Made by a program: the position numbers and the translations under genes. Positions 15,455-23,880 of a stretch of DNA of 25,422 bases are shown in pieces. Origin of the DNA: a virus. The notes below the pieces were generated by a model, which saw nothing but the letters and a program-made list of their open reading frames with translations, was not told the origin of the DNA and did no database searches. The stretch is from the UHGV virus genome UHGV-0247665; one strand, written 5' to 3'. Positions within the stretch are counted from its first letter, which is position 1. Each line of letters opens with the position of its first letter.

Positions 15455-15774
15455 TCACCCCCGTTACCGTAGAGGGTTTCAGCCGCTGATTTTTCTACAT
15501 CACCGGAAACAGGAGCGATTGCCATATCAGTGATCTGCAGATCGGCGCTGCGATTAACACCATCGTCAGTTTCTCTGGCAGACAGGCCTCGAATAACAGC
15601 CTTTGCAGTTATCATCACTTCTGTTCCGACGCCCTGAGGTTGCGCCTTCAGCTTATTCAATGTGTCGTTATTAAGAGTGATGCACAGCCCCCACGGGTAT
15701 TCATCGCGAGTTCTGGTTTCTCCGCTCTCATCCTGGTAGCTGTCAGTGCCGGTTTTGAGGTTTACGAGTTCCAT
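15451..15774 (-). CDS. Hypothetical small virion protein (about 108 aa)
   Basis: ORF track 15451..15780 (GTG start); I prefer the ATG at 15774, which is preceded by AGGAG with a 5-nt spacer. Confidence 0.55.
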   Translation of the reverse strand: MELVNLKTGTDSYQDESGETRTRDEYPWGLCITLNNDTLNKLKAQPQGVGTEVMITAKAVIRGLSARETDDGVNRSADLQITDMAIAPVSGDVEKSAAETLYGNGGE

Positions 15775-15824
15775 ATACACTCCTGCAATAAAGGGGCCGA
15801 AGCCCCTTGTCGGATTCGCGAGGC

Positions 15825-16160
15825 TTACACGCCCAGTTCTTTACGCTTATCTGCGATCTTCTCGCGGAGCGTTTCGGCTTTAGCGTTATGGTGTGGCTTC
15901 TCGTTAAAGAGCAATTCGTACTCTTCACGGAGCTTATCCAGTTCACCATCATCTGACACATCATTGATGATTTTGGTGCTGGTTGCTGCCATTGACACCT
16001 TTCCTGCAACTTTTGCTTTTGCCTGTCTGGCTGCATCGTTAACAGGTTCCAGTGCGCTACCAGGCTCACCTTCGTATTCGATTTCTGCCCCCTCCGGCCA
16101 CAGAGTGTTATGGATATGAGAGAGGCGCAGAACGAGGTATCTTGGTTTCTCACCTGACAT
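15825..16160 (-). CDS. Hypothetical small virion protein (about 111 aa)
   Basis: ORF track 15825..16169 (GTG start); I prefer the ATG at 16160, which is preceded by AAGGTGA with a 5-nt spacer directly after the upstream stop. Confidence 0.55.
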   Translation of the reverse strand: MSGEKPRYLVLRLSHIHNTLWPEGAEIEYEGEPGSALEPVNDAARQAKAKVAGKVSMAATSTKIINDVSDDGELDKLREEYELLFNEKPHHNAKAETLREKIADKRKELGV

Positions 16161-16170
16161 CGATATCACC

Positions 16171-16608
16171 TTAACCAGTTACTTTTGAGCGGATCGGATA
16201 CGGCGTATTGGCATCAACATCAAGACTGATACCAGCAGTGAATTCGCCAGCCGTTAGTGGGCCAGTTGCGACGGAGTAGTTAACACGCAGATATCGCTGA
16301 ACACCGGCAGGCACCTTTGCAGAAACAACTCGTTTACCTGCTGTCAGGGCGGTCTTTGCCAGTGCGCCACTATCATAAATAGTGGTCCATGAGCTGTTAT
16401 TTTCACTCGTCTGCAACTGGATGTTTACAGTTGCATCACCGCTTGCCGCGGCGGCTGTGTTAACCAGCGCCCAAAACTCAAGCTGGTAACCAACGCCGAT
16501 ATCACGACGTTTTCCGTCAATTGGACCGAGATCGATTACGTCAGTAGAAGCCGCGGTATCAGTTACCGCCTGTGCTTCGGAGAACATCAACAGTTTGTCG
16601 GTGATCAT
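16171..16608 (-). CDS. Putative capsid-associated (decoration-type) protein, 145 aa
   Basis: ORF track. First gene after the major capsid gene; SD GGAGA 6 nt before the ATG. Function inferred from position only. Confidence 0.5.
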   Translation of the reverse strand: MITDKLLMFSEAQAVTDTAASTDVIDLGPIDGKRRDIGVGYQLEFWALVNTAAAASGDATVNIQLQTSENNSSWTTIYDSGALAKTALTAGKRVVSAKVPAGVQRYLRVNYSVATGPLTAGEFTAGISLDVDANTPYPIRSKVTG

Positions 16609-16623
16609 CTTCTTTCTCCATTA

Positions 16624-16643
16624 GTGGGTCTGTTACGACCCAC
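16624..16643 (-). other. GC-rich 7-bp stem-loop directly after the major capsid gene stop
   Basis: GTGGGTC-tgttac-GACCCAC between the capsid stop (16660) and the next SD. No U-run follows. Confidence 0.4.
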
Positions 16644-16659
16644 AGGTTAATAACAGGCG

Positions 16660-17652
16660 TTACACCACGCGGGCTTCTGTTTCCAGAAGCGCATCAGTTT
16701 CACGGATTGGTACACCACGGAATGAAGTCCACCACTCGCCTTCTGTCTCTTTTACGCTGATAGCCAGAGATGTTTTCTCCAGAGACTGCAGATCAAGAGC
16801 CTGGCCTACAGTGCGGTTCATGTAGAACACCGGGCGGCCCATGCCACGGTTTGGAATGCGATGTAGTGCTTTAACCATCAACTTCGCAATATTTGCGGCA
16901 GAGGATGGTTCTGAAAGATTGCTGACATCGATGTTTGCAATGCGAACAACATAACGCCAGTCACGCAGAGCAAGTCCGTTATCCCATTTGTAATGGGTGC
17001 GATAGCCTTCGTACTTGCCGCCATTAGCATCTTCCAGTGTCACCTGGCCTTTATCTTCCATCTGGATGCCAGCCTTCTGCCCTTTCGGGAAGATGCCATG
17101 CACGGTGTTTTCGCCCCACACCACTAACCAGATTGAAGTGTTATCTGTACCCGTGCCACCAGCATCAATGATGTTCTGAGCATTACCCGCAGACAGGCTG
17201 GAATAGCGGGAGGACAGTCCCATAAACTGCTGAGGGTTAACGCTGGAATCACCATAAAACAGCGTCTGCGCCATCTGCTGATTCATCGCTTCAATAAATG
17301 CGCGGTCTTCAGACAGGCGGAATTCGGCGGTATTGCCGTTCAGATCAGCCAGTGACTTATCGACTTCCGCATAGGTTTCCAGCATGCCAACGGAATCGGT
17401 TACCTGCACTGTGGTTGATTTGCTTGGCTGTACGCCATAGTTCAGCAAACGCCAGGTAGCTGAAGGTAAACCAGAACGAATGGTGGTTCGGTGTCCGGTA
17501 GGAAGGTTCCCTTCGACAAAAGGCATATCCTGAAGGATCGGGTTAGTTTGACCGAGAAGCTCGATAATCTTATCGACTTTCCCGTTTGGATCGACGCGCT
17601 TACCCCAGTCAGCCAGCGTTAGCGCAGTTAAGCCTTTAACAGCCATTGTCAT
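16660..17652 (-). CDS. Major capsid protein (330 aa)
   Basis: ORF track. Placed directly after the scaffold gene, with the only strong SD of the region (GAGAGGAA). The true start may be the second ATG at 17646. Not verified by search. Confidence 0.7.
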   Translation of the reverse strand: MTMAVKGLTALTLADWGKRVDPNGKVDKIIELLGQTNPILQDMPFVEGNLPTGHRTTIRSGLPSATWRLLNYGVQPSKSTTVQVTDSVGMLETYAEVDKSLADLNGNTAEFRLSEDRAFIEAMNQQMAQTLFYGDSSVNPQQFMGLSSRYSSLSAGNAQNIIDAGGTGTDNTSIWLVVWGENTVHGIFPKGQKAGIQMEDKGQVTLEDANGGKYEGYRTHYKWDNGLALRDWRYVVRIANIDVSNLSEPSSAANIAKLMVKALHRIPNRGMGRPVFYMNRTVGQALDLQSLEKTSLAISVKETEGEWWTSFRGVPIRETDALLETEARVV

Positions 17653-17660
17653 TTCCTCTC

Positions 17661-18362
17661 TTATTTGCCATAGAGCACTTCGGCCGCACTACGCTGGCCT
17701 TCATTACCACCGGTGACCATGCCATCTTCAGACATCGCCTTTCCGATTTTCACGAACGTTTTGACCAGATCAGGGTGATTACCCAGCCCGGTGGTGTTCA
17801 GATATTCTTTGAGTTCAGGTGTCCCGAACTGGTCAAGCGCACGCTGTGCGGCGCTAAGGTTAGAAATCAACTTGTCGCCACCGATTTCTTTGTCGGCTTT
17901 TACATCCGCAGCCCACTGCTCGGTTGTTTTCTGCCAGGCTTCTGCCTGGCGCTGCTGAACACCTGCCAGAATCTTCGGATAAGCATCAACCAGCTTTTGC
18001 GCTTGCTCGTTGGTCAGGTTTAGTTCTCGCGCCACCGGCTCGAATTCCTTCAACGCTTCTGTATCCAGCTCTACGCCTTCGGCAGCCTGAAACTCGTACT
18101 TTTCAGGCGCACCCTCTGGTTTATCGCCGTCCTTTTTTTCATCCTGCTTATCGTTTTCAGGCTTTTTGTCATCAGCAGGTTTATCGCCATCAGCAACAGG
18201 TTGTGGCTTATCACCTTCCTGTTGTGATGGATCACCAACTGGAGCAGGGTTATCACCTGCAGGCGCTGACGGTTCTGACGCAGCCGGAGCTGCTCCACCA
18301 TCGACTGGTTGCTCATTGCAAAGACGGCGATACAGCAAACGCTCAAATAAATTCATGATCAC
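17661..18362 (-). CDS. Scaffolding protein (233 aa)
   Basis: ORF track. Highly acidic, Pro/Ala/Lys-rich low-complexity N-terminus with a helical C-terminal part; lies between portal and capsid genes. Confidence 0.65.
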   Translation of the reverse strand: MIMNLFERLLYRRLCNEQPVDGGAAPAASEPSAPAGDNPAPVGDPSQQEGDKPQPVADGDKPADDKKPENDKQDEKKDGDKPEGAPEKYEFQAAEGVELDTEALKEFEPVARELNLTNEQAQKLVDAYPKILAGVQQRQAEAWQKTTEQWAADVKADKEIGGDKLISNLSAAQRALDQFGTPELKEYLNTTGLGNHPDLVKTFVKIGKAMSEDGMVTGGNEGQRSAAEVLYGK

Positions 18363-18655
18363 TCCTGTTCACTGGCCTCTTTGGCCATCTTCAAATACTG
18401 TTCAGGGCAATGCGCCATAACGCGCTGAAACAGTTCCAGCGCCAGATTGCGTTGCCCCTCATTAAATGCCATTGCCATAGCATCCATCGGAGAGATAGCG
18501 GAAAACACCCGGCCTTTCTCCAGCACCGACCAGACAACGCGACGCCCCTGTTCACTGCTCATGACAAAGCAAATGTCATCAATTTCACGCTGTGCCATGT
18601 CACGTTGCTTACGGGCGTTTTCTTCTTTCAGTTGATCGTCTTCGTAATCTGTCAT
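18359..18655 (-). CDS. Hypothetical head-morphogenesis protein (98 aa)
   Basis: ORF track. 4-nt overlaps with both the portal stop and the scaffold start. Confidence 0.55.
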   Translation of the reverse strand: MTDYEDDQLKEENARKQRDMAQREIDDICFVMSSEQGRRVVWSVLEKGRVFSAISPMDAMAMAFNEGQRNLALELFQRVMAHCPEQYLKMAKEASEQE

Positions 18656-20331
18656 TGTGATTGCCCACCCTGACCACTAACTGCATTCGCCATAGCTGAC
18701 AAAACACTCGGATCCGAAGTTTTAGCTTCGCTTAGCGTCTTGGCACCCTGTGCCGCCGCCATCCCCATCGCCATCATTTGTTGCTGCTGTTGTTGCTGTG
18801 CCCGTTGCTGGCGAGCCTGCTCAACCTGTTCCTGCGGAACAATGACGGTTGGAGACACTCCGGACATATCAGCGAATGCATCGATCGCCTGATCAACGTT
18901 GAGTTTGTCGAGAGCTTCTGGTTTCGCTTGCGCAAGTTGACCAATGAAGTTGACCGTAGACGCCAGACTGGACAGGCCGATAGACTTCTGCGCCTGAGCC
19001 ATGACGGAAATGTATTCGACCTTCAGGGGCATACCTTCCATTGCGTCAGGCGGTGGCGGCAGCATGTTTTTACGCACCATCATCGAGAAAGCGCGGTCAA
19101 TGAGAGGATTAAGACATTCGTCGTTCAGACGCTCCAGAACCGGCCCCAACATCAGAAGTTTTTCTTCTTTCATTTCGATCACCGCTTCAACAGGCATCGA
19201 GCGGGTATTGATGTTCTGCAACATCATGAACAGATCGACAAAGTAGGCGCTGTTAATGATTTGACGGGTGTCCTGAATGTCTGCCACCAAATCTGCTGTA
19301 CTGGGGTTAACCAGATAAGCAGGCCTGAAGCCATCCTGACCAGTAATCTGATCGATATACGTGATGTCGCCAGGAAGAAGGGAGGCGCGCTGATTCTTGA
19401 GGGAAGTCGGAGCAACCATCGGCGGATTGGTGGCTTTATCAATCAACTGCGACTTGCGCTTCTGGAGAAGCTGCAATGCCTTAACAGGTCCAAGCGCCAG
19501 CATACCCGGGCATGATGATCCATAAACATCTTCGCCATTAACTTCCCAGCGCGGAGCCATAATTGGAAACTCATCAAATCCGGACTCACGCAACAACTTG
19601 TCGTTATCGCCACCAACCTCGTAATAAACCGATTTGAATGGCTTGTTCTTGCTATCCAGCTTCGATGTATCGCGGTCAATGTTCGGGTAAACCGAATGCA
19701 TCACGTCAATCCACTTCTCGTAGGTGCCGCTTTCCCACATGCTTTTTACGGATTCGCTGACGTTATTTAGCCCGAACTCCTGAACAAGCTGACGAACAGT
19801 CATAGAGAACTTGCGAAAACAGGTGTCCACACTGCCACGAGGTGAGTTAGCCAGGTAGTAACTGCCTATCGGGAATGGCATTGTGCGAATGATGTCCTCG
19901 TCATCCTCCAGCACCGCCATTGCACCAGTGCTGTATGTGCCGAGGCTTCCGTATAACTGCGGAAGAGACTGGTAGAGATTCGACTTATTGAACATATCGT
20001 TCATGCGGTTCTGCACCGCCTCGAGCCACAACTTAACAGGACCATAATCCATCATTTCAGGATCTGGCGTAGCCAGGCGAAACCACGGACGCGCAGGGCT
20101 TGTGATGCCTGACATCATGCCGCTGGCGAGAGTGCGCGCCGCCATAGTCCCGGTCGAATCAATAATGCGTGTATTGCGTCGATCGTTACGGTTGACCTCA
20201 GAAGTCAGAAAGCGGGAACCACGCGGGTTGATGTAATCACTCAACTCGCGCCAGTGCGGCTCGAACGACTGACGCTCGCTTTCAAGTTGTGCGAACTGTT
20301 TGTTCAATCGCTCTTTAGTTGTTTCCGCCAT
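18652..20331 (-). CDS. Portal (head-tail connector) protein, 559 aa
   Basis: ORF track. About 560 aa, downstream of terminase. Its C-terminal Gln/Ala/Met-rich tail (QQQQQQQMMAMGMAAAQGA) resembles the T7 gp8-type portal C-terminus. Confidence 0.85.
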   Translation of the reverse strand: MAETTKERLNKQFAQLESERQSFEPHWRELSDYINPRGSRFLTSEVNRNDRRNTRIIDSTGTMAARTLASGMMSGITSPARPWFRLATPDPEMMDYGPVKLWLEAVQNRMNDMFNKSNLYQSLPQLYGSLGTYSTGAMAVLEDDEDIIRTMPFPIGSYYLANSPRGSVDTCFRKFSMTVRQLVQEFGLNNVSESVKSMWESGTYEKWIDVMHSVYPNIDRDTSKLDSKNKPFKSVYYEVGGDNDKLLRESGFDEFPIMAPRWEVNGEDVYGSSCPGMLALGPVKALQLLQKRKSQLIDKATNPPMVAPTSLKNQRASLLPGDITYIDQITGQDGFRPAYLVNPSTADLVADIQDTRQIINSAYFVDLFMMLQNINTRSMPVEAVIEMKEEKLLMLGPVLERLNDECLNPLIDRAFSMMVRKNMLPPPPDAMEGMPLKVEYISVMAQAQKSIGLSSLASTVNFIGQLAQAKPEALDKLNVDQAIDAFADMSGVSPTVIVPQEQVEQARQQRAQQQQQQQMMAMGMAAAQGAKTLSEAKTSDPSVLSAMANAVSGQGGQSQ

Positions 20332-20345
20332 TTCAATGACTCCGG

Positions 20346-20552
20346 TTACTGACCAAGCAGCGTTTTACCGCTGGTATTAGCGGTTGATGTGTCGCCCTGA
20401 GAACCGGTAAGCAGCGTAGAACTACGACCAGCAGCAGCGCGACGGCGACGTGTTTCTTCGTCGCGGGCATCAACAACGGCGGCATCCTGCTCCTGTGGTG
20501 CTGCCTGAACTTCTGGTGTTGCAGGCACTGACGGTGAGCTACCCATGCACAT
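20346..20552 (-). CDS. Small hypothetical protein (68 aa), low complexity
   Basis: ORF track. Its start context CGGAGTCATTGAT-ATG is near-identical to the portal context CGGAGTCATTGAA-ATG. The overlapping 79-aa alternative frame is rejected. Confidence 0.5.
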   Translation of the reverse strand: MCMGSSPSVPATPEVQAAPQEQDAAVVDARDEETRRRRAAAGRSSTLLTGSQGDTSTANTSGKTLLGQ

Positions 20553-20642
20553 ATCAATGACTCCGTACGCAATTAAATTATCACCAATTTAACCACATAT
20601 GATTTATTTATCGTAGATAGTTGACATTTAACGCATGAATTA

Positions 20643-20657
20643 TTACCTTTCAGGTAA
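20643..20657. promoter_or_regulatory. TTACC-N5-GGTAA palindromic motif copy (ATTACC-tttca-GGTAAG)
   Basis: Intergenic, between the 68-aa/portal gene start and the tRNA; a TTGACA hexamer lies at 20621-20626. Confidence 0.5.
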
Positions 20658-20979
20658 GTAAAGTGTTCATTCCGGTTATTAACCTGACTGGCTTATCGTT
20701 AAATTGAACAGGTGGAGTGAGCTTTTATTTTGAGCAGTACGGCGTATGGCACATGCGCCGATAGCGGTCTGGATACGTTTAAGGGGCACCCTCCCTTGCT
20801 CGGGCAAACGAACCAGGTAGCCGGAATGTGCAAGTCGAGCGGTTTTATTCCGCGCACGGGGATTCACCATCCCGGCGATTCGGTGTGACGCCTCGGAAGA
20901 GACGAGGGTACAACGATGAGAGCATTTATGGAGCCGCGACAAAGTGTGGCGCCTTAACAGGCTAAGTGCTCTCAGCGTT

Positions 20980-21056
20980 GTGGCATTAGCTCAGTTGGAC
21001 AGAGCAACCGCCTTCTAAGCGGTTGGTCGCAGGTTCGAATCCTGCATGCCACGCCA
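20980..21056 (+). tRNA. tRNA-Arg (anticodon UCU), 77 nt with encoded CCA
   Basis: Folded by hand: 7-bp acceptor stem GTGGCAT/ATGCCAC, D-arm, anticodon stem ACCGC/GCGGT with loop CTTCTAA (U33, anticodon TCT, A37), T-arm GCAGG-TTCGAAT-CCTGC, discriminator G, CCA. Close to the E. coli argU-type tRNA. Confidence 0.92.
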
Positions 21057-21099
21057 GAATCACGCCTAAGGACCGTGATGCCAGAAGTTCCAGGTGCTT

Positions 21100-21141
21100 G
21101 GCGGTGATGGTTTCCCTTGAAGGACTATCACCGCCCTTTTT
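21100..21141 (+). terminator. Intrinsic terminator downstream of the tRNA (9-bp stem GGCGGTGAT/ATCACCGCC, 18-nt loop, CTTTTT)
   Basis: Inverted repeat at 21100-21108 and 21127-21135 followed by a T-run. Confidence 0.5.
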
Positions 21142-21219
21142 ACAGCAGGACGCCATTGCGATGACTTCATGCTGTAAACCCGTACAGCCACGGAAGGCAT
21201 AACTCATTGCTTCCAGTTC

Positions 21220-21243
21220 GCCCGGTTCGCCGGGCATTTTTTT
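21220..21243 (+). terminator. Terminator-like hairpin (GCCCGG-TTCG-CCGGGC then ATTTTTTT) immediately upstream of the 118-aa gene SD
   Basis: 6-bp GC stem with a UUCG tetraloop and a 7-T run; the downstream SD AAGGTGA begins at 21244. Confidence 0.45.
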
Positions 21244-21254
21244 AAGGTGAGATT

Positions 21255-21611
21255 ATGAACGACCAGCAAATCGAAAAAGAAATCGTTGAGAAAGGCAAAA
21301 CCGCTCCGCGAGTTACGCCTCAATATATCGAAAGCATCATTCTTGAAGAGCATTTCTTTACTGCTTATGACGGCATTCGTGCTGCCAATATGGGCGTTGG
21401 CGATACGTGGACAGCGCATAAATCTACAGACCTCCTTACTTTCTGCGTACTGGTGCTGAAGAATGGCTTCACCGTCACCGGAGAGAGTGCCTGTGCAAGC
21501 CCGGAAAACTTTGATGCAGAAATTGGTCGGAAAATTGCCCGGCAGAATGCTGTAAACAAAATCTGGATGCTTGAAGGTTACTTGCTGAAGCAGAAGTTAA
21601 GCGAGCAATAA
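21255..21611 (+). CDS. Small conserved phage protein (118 aa); tentatively N4 gp49 / Sf6 gp66-like family
   Basis: ORF track; SD AAGGTGA. The family assignment is recalled from the motif FCVLVLKNGFTVTGESACASPENFDAEIGRKIA and is unverified. Confidence 0.65.
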   Translation: MNDQQIEKEIVEKGKTAPRVTPQYIESIILEEHFFTAYDGIRAANMGVGDTWTAHKSTDLLTFCVLVLKNGFTVTGESACASPENFDAEIGRKIARQNAVNKIWMLEGYLLKQKLSEQ

Positions 21612-21615
21612 CACC

Positions 21616-21627
21616 GTGACATGTCAC
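21616..21627. repeat. 12-bp perfect palindrome GTGACATGTCAC (copy 2)
   Basis: Exact match; 5 nt after the stop of the 118-aa gene and adjacent to the terminator hairpin. Confidence 0.6.
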
Positions 21628-21631
21628 AAAC

Positions 21632-21659
21632 AGCCAGCTCATAGGCTGGCTTTGTTTTA
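21632..21659 (+). terminator. Intrinsic terminator (AGCCAGC-tcatag-GCTGGCT then TTGTTTTA) between convergent genes
   Basis: 7-bp stem with a T-rich tail on the plus strand; lies between the 118-aa gene stop and the large terminase stop. Confidence 0.55.
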
Positions 21660-21701
21660 TCCTCATCAGAGGATATCAACGACATTATCCCCACCAGCGG
21701 A

Positions 21702-23177
21702 TTAAGCATACGGGTCATAATCTGTGATGGCCTTGCCTTGCTGGTTCTGCTGCCCAGGAATTCGCAGACGCTTCGACACAGGGAAAGCAAACGTCAGCAA
21801 TAGCGCATCGCCTTTACCAGGAGAACGCCCAAGCCGCTCCTTGATATCTTCCTTCGGTTCGATAACGATTTTACCGTCCACGCGAACTTTGTACTCTGCC
21901 GCCGACAGGTCGTCCGCTGTTTCCTGGTCATCCAGCATGCCGCCCAGCCTCAGCCATGTCTTGCATGAGTTGAACATCTCCCCACGCTTGTTAAGCATCT
22001 GCGGGTCAGTAGACGCGCCACCGAACGGAACAAGTTGCCATGTACGCCCCCAACCATCACCGATTGACTTCAAACCGGTTCCGTAACCGAAGTCGATGAA
22101 CACCGCGTCAGCCTGGTACTGGTCTTCAAAGTCAGCGATACGCTTCGCCATAATCAGATCGTCAGTGGTCTTGTTGCCGGTCCACAGCACCTTACTGTGC
22201 AGCCCCTGCCGCAGATATATCACCGCGTCATCAACACCGGAGTATGCCGGGTCAACGCCGATTATCACCGGAGCATGTGCAACCTGCGCAGCGGTGACCA
22301 CCCGTTTCATTGCCTCGTCAGTAAGTCCGGTAGGGATAAACTGCAATTCAGATGCATCCGGGAATATGCCGCGCACACGGATTTTAACGAAGTCGCTATC
22401 TTCCCCGTAGTCATCAACCCATTTCTGCAACTGCTGTTTGTTAGTGCCTTCCACCGTCCGGCTGTCAATCTGCGCAGTTTTCCAGCGGTGTTTGTATTTG
22501 CGGAAACATTCGCGAAAACGCCCGGTATTACGTGTAGGGTTTCCGAACGCCACCCAGATAATCTCAGTGTCTTCGTCCGTAAGCGCACCCTCAGCAACTT
22601 CCCACACCAGATCCGCAATGTTCGACGCTTCATCGAATACCACGATGATGCGTTTGCGCTCGTTGTGTAGTCCGGCGAATGCCTCAGTGTTGTGCTCAGA
22701 CCAGGGGATTGCGTCAGCTCGCCACCGCTTGTCGTGCCCAGGATCATTGCTGTACATCGCAGTAGCGGTACAGGTAAACCAGTCTTTCGTGATAGCAAGG
22801 TTCGACCACTTGATAATTTCCGGCCAGGTCTTCGTTCGTAGCTGGTTGTCGGTGTTGGCGGTCACCACGACCTTACAATCCTCGCAAGTGGACATGCCCC
22901 AGTTGATCAGCATTGAGATGAATGCGGATTTACCAATACCGTGACCCGAAGCACGTGCCAGCATAAGCGGCTGATAGCGCGTCTCTGGATTCTGCAGGTG
23001 ATCACGTATCTCTCGGAACGCATCAGCCTGCCACTGACGTGGGCCGGTAGCATGTGCCAGTTCAGTCCCCTCTTCCCCCCACGGGAACGCATAGAGGGCA
23101 TAGCCAAGCGGATCGTGAGTGAACCCTGCAATATCCTCGATCAACTGCTCTTCAGGAGATAACGCTGTATCTGTCAC
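21702..23177 (-). CDS. Terminase large subunit (491 aa)
   Basis: ORF track. Walker A-like GHGIGKSAF, Walker B-like IIVVFDEAS, and C-terminal nuclease-type motifs (GVDPAYSG, FIDFGYG). 4-nt overlap with the small-subunit gene. Confidence 0.9.
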   Translation of the reverse strand: MTDTALSPEEQLIEDIAGFTHDPLGYALYAFPWGEEGTELAHATGPRQWQADAFREIRDHLQNPETRYQPLMLARASGHGIGKSAFISMLINWGMSTCEDCKVVVTANTDNQLRTKTWPEIIKWSNLAITKDWFTCTATAMYSNDPGHDKRWRADAIPWSEHNTEAFAGLHNERKRIIVVFDEASNIADLVWEVAEGALTDEDTEIIWVAFGNPTRNTGRFRECFRKYKHRWKTAQIDSRTVEGTNKQQLQKWVDDYGEDSDFVKIRVRGIFPDASELQFIPTGLTDEAMKRVVTAAQVAHAPVIIGVDPAYSGVDDAVIYLRQGLHSKVLWTGNKTTDDLIMAKRIADFEDQYQADAVFIDFGYGTGLKSIGDGWGRTWQLVPFGGASTDPQMLNKRGEMFNSCKTWLRLGGMLDDQETADDLSAAEYKVRVDGKIVIEPKEDIKERLGRSPGKGDALLLTFAFPVSKRLRIPGQQNQQGKAITDYDPYA

Positions 23178-23770
23178 TGATTACCATCCTGACGTTCTTT
23201 GAGTCGCTTCCTGGCTGCTGCTATGCGATCAGCAATTGTCACATTCACATTAACATCCAGACGTTCTTTGAACGCGTTGACATCAACATGCTTACCAATC
23301 AGCTCAAGGTTCTTCACCTTGTCAGGCCATTTAATTTTTTTGAGGATTGTCTCTATCGAATCCTCGTTCATGTTCATGATGGTCGATGACAGATCAAAGC
23401 CACTAAGCGTAGTGCGCCAGATTTTCGGCCACTCACGGATTGGTTTAAGGCTCCCATCGTCGTTGAGGATGTCGATCACGTCCATCTGGTCGATCTGCAC
23501 CAGGCGCATGAGAACGTAATCAGCACTGACGCGCATTCGTTTGTTGCGCTCCTCCATCAACTCGGCAATCCGTTTTTGAATGCGTTCATCGCGCATCATG
23601 ACACTGGCTTTAACTGCCGCTGTATTTGGGGAGAATCCTGCGTTAATCGCTGCCTGAGTCTGGTTTTCAGGCGTTTTGATGTATGACTGGCAATAAGCCT
23701 CCTGCATTGCTGTTAGTGGCTTAAATTGCGTTGATTTGCGTTTATAGGTTTTAGGTTCAGCAGGCATCAT
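23174..23770 (-). CDS. Terminase small subunit (about 199 aa from ATG 23770)
   Basis: ORF track 23174..23848 uses a TTG start. I prefer the tandem ATGs at 23770 and 23767, preceded by GGTGG, because a terminator hairpin and motif cluster occupy 23771-23848. The LTAMQEAYCQSYIKTPENQTQAAINAGFSPNTAAVKA region resembles small-terminase (Terminase_2-type) N-terminal domains. Confidence 0.75.
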   Translation of the reverse strand: MMPAEPKTYKRKSTQFKPLTAMQEAYCQSYIKTPENQTQAAINAGFSPNTAAVKASVMMRDERIQKRIAELMEERNKRMRVSADYVLMRLVQIDQMDVIDILNDDGSLKPIREWPKIWRTTLSGFDLSSTIMNMNEDSIETILKKIKWPDKVKNLELIGKHVDVNAFKERLDVNVNVTIADRIAAARKRLKERQDGNQ

Positions 23771-23787
23771 AACCACCGTGGTAATAG

Positions 23788-23802
23788 TTACCGTTTTGGT
23801 AA
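23788..23802. promoter_or_regulatory. TTACC-N5-GGTAA palindromic motif copy within a cluster of GGTAATAGT repeats
   Basis: GGTAATAGTTACC-gtttt-GGTAATAGTACC lies 20-40 nt upstream of the small terminase ATG. Confidence 0.5.
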
Positions 23803-23813
23803 TAGTACCATGC

Positions 23814-23839
23814 AAAATAAAGCCGCCATAGTTGGCGGC
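23814..23839 (-). terminator. Intrinsic terminator on the minus strand between the 115-aa gene and the terminase operon (GCCGCCA-n4-TGGCGGC then UUUAUUUU)
   Basis: 7-bp GC stem at 23822-23839; the minus-strand U-run corresponds to plus-strand A-run 23814-23821. Confidence 0.5.
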
Positions 23840-23880
23840 AGTATTCAAAACCCATCAAATTCATCATGCATAATCTACTC

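Noticed and set aside
20333-20572. 79-aa alternative frame overlapping the 68-aa ORF
   Set aside because: TTG start, basic low-complexity composition, and it overlaps the frame that carries the portal-like initiation context.
20701-20842. 16S rRNA-like strings (AAATTGAA and TGCAAGTCGAGCGG) upstream of the tRNA
   Set aside because: Only two short matches 125 nt apart with no intervening similarity; too short to be an rRNA fragment, most likely chance.
21100-21135. Lambda operator-like half-sites (TATCACCGCC / GGCGGTGAT)
   Set aside because: The half-sites are 18 bp apart and in everted orientation, unlike 17-bp lambdoid operators; they fit a terminator stem after the tRNA.
20679-21237. Tracked minus-strand ORFs 20679..20942 and 20986..21237
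   Set aside because: The second is the reverse complement of the tRNA and its terminator; the first lies in the GC-rich tRNA leader with no SD.
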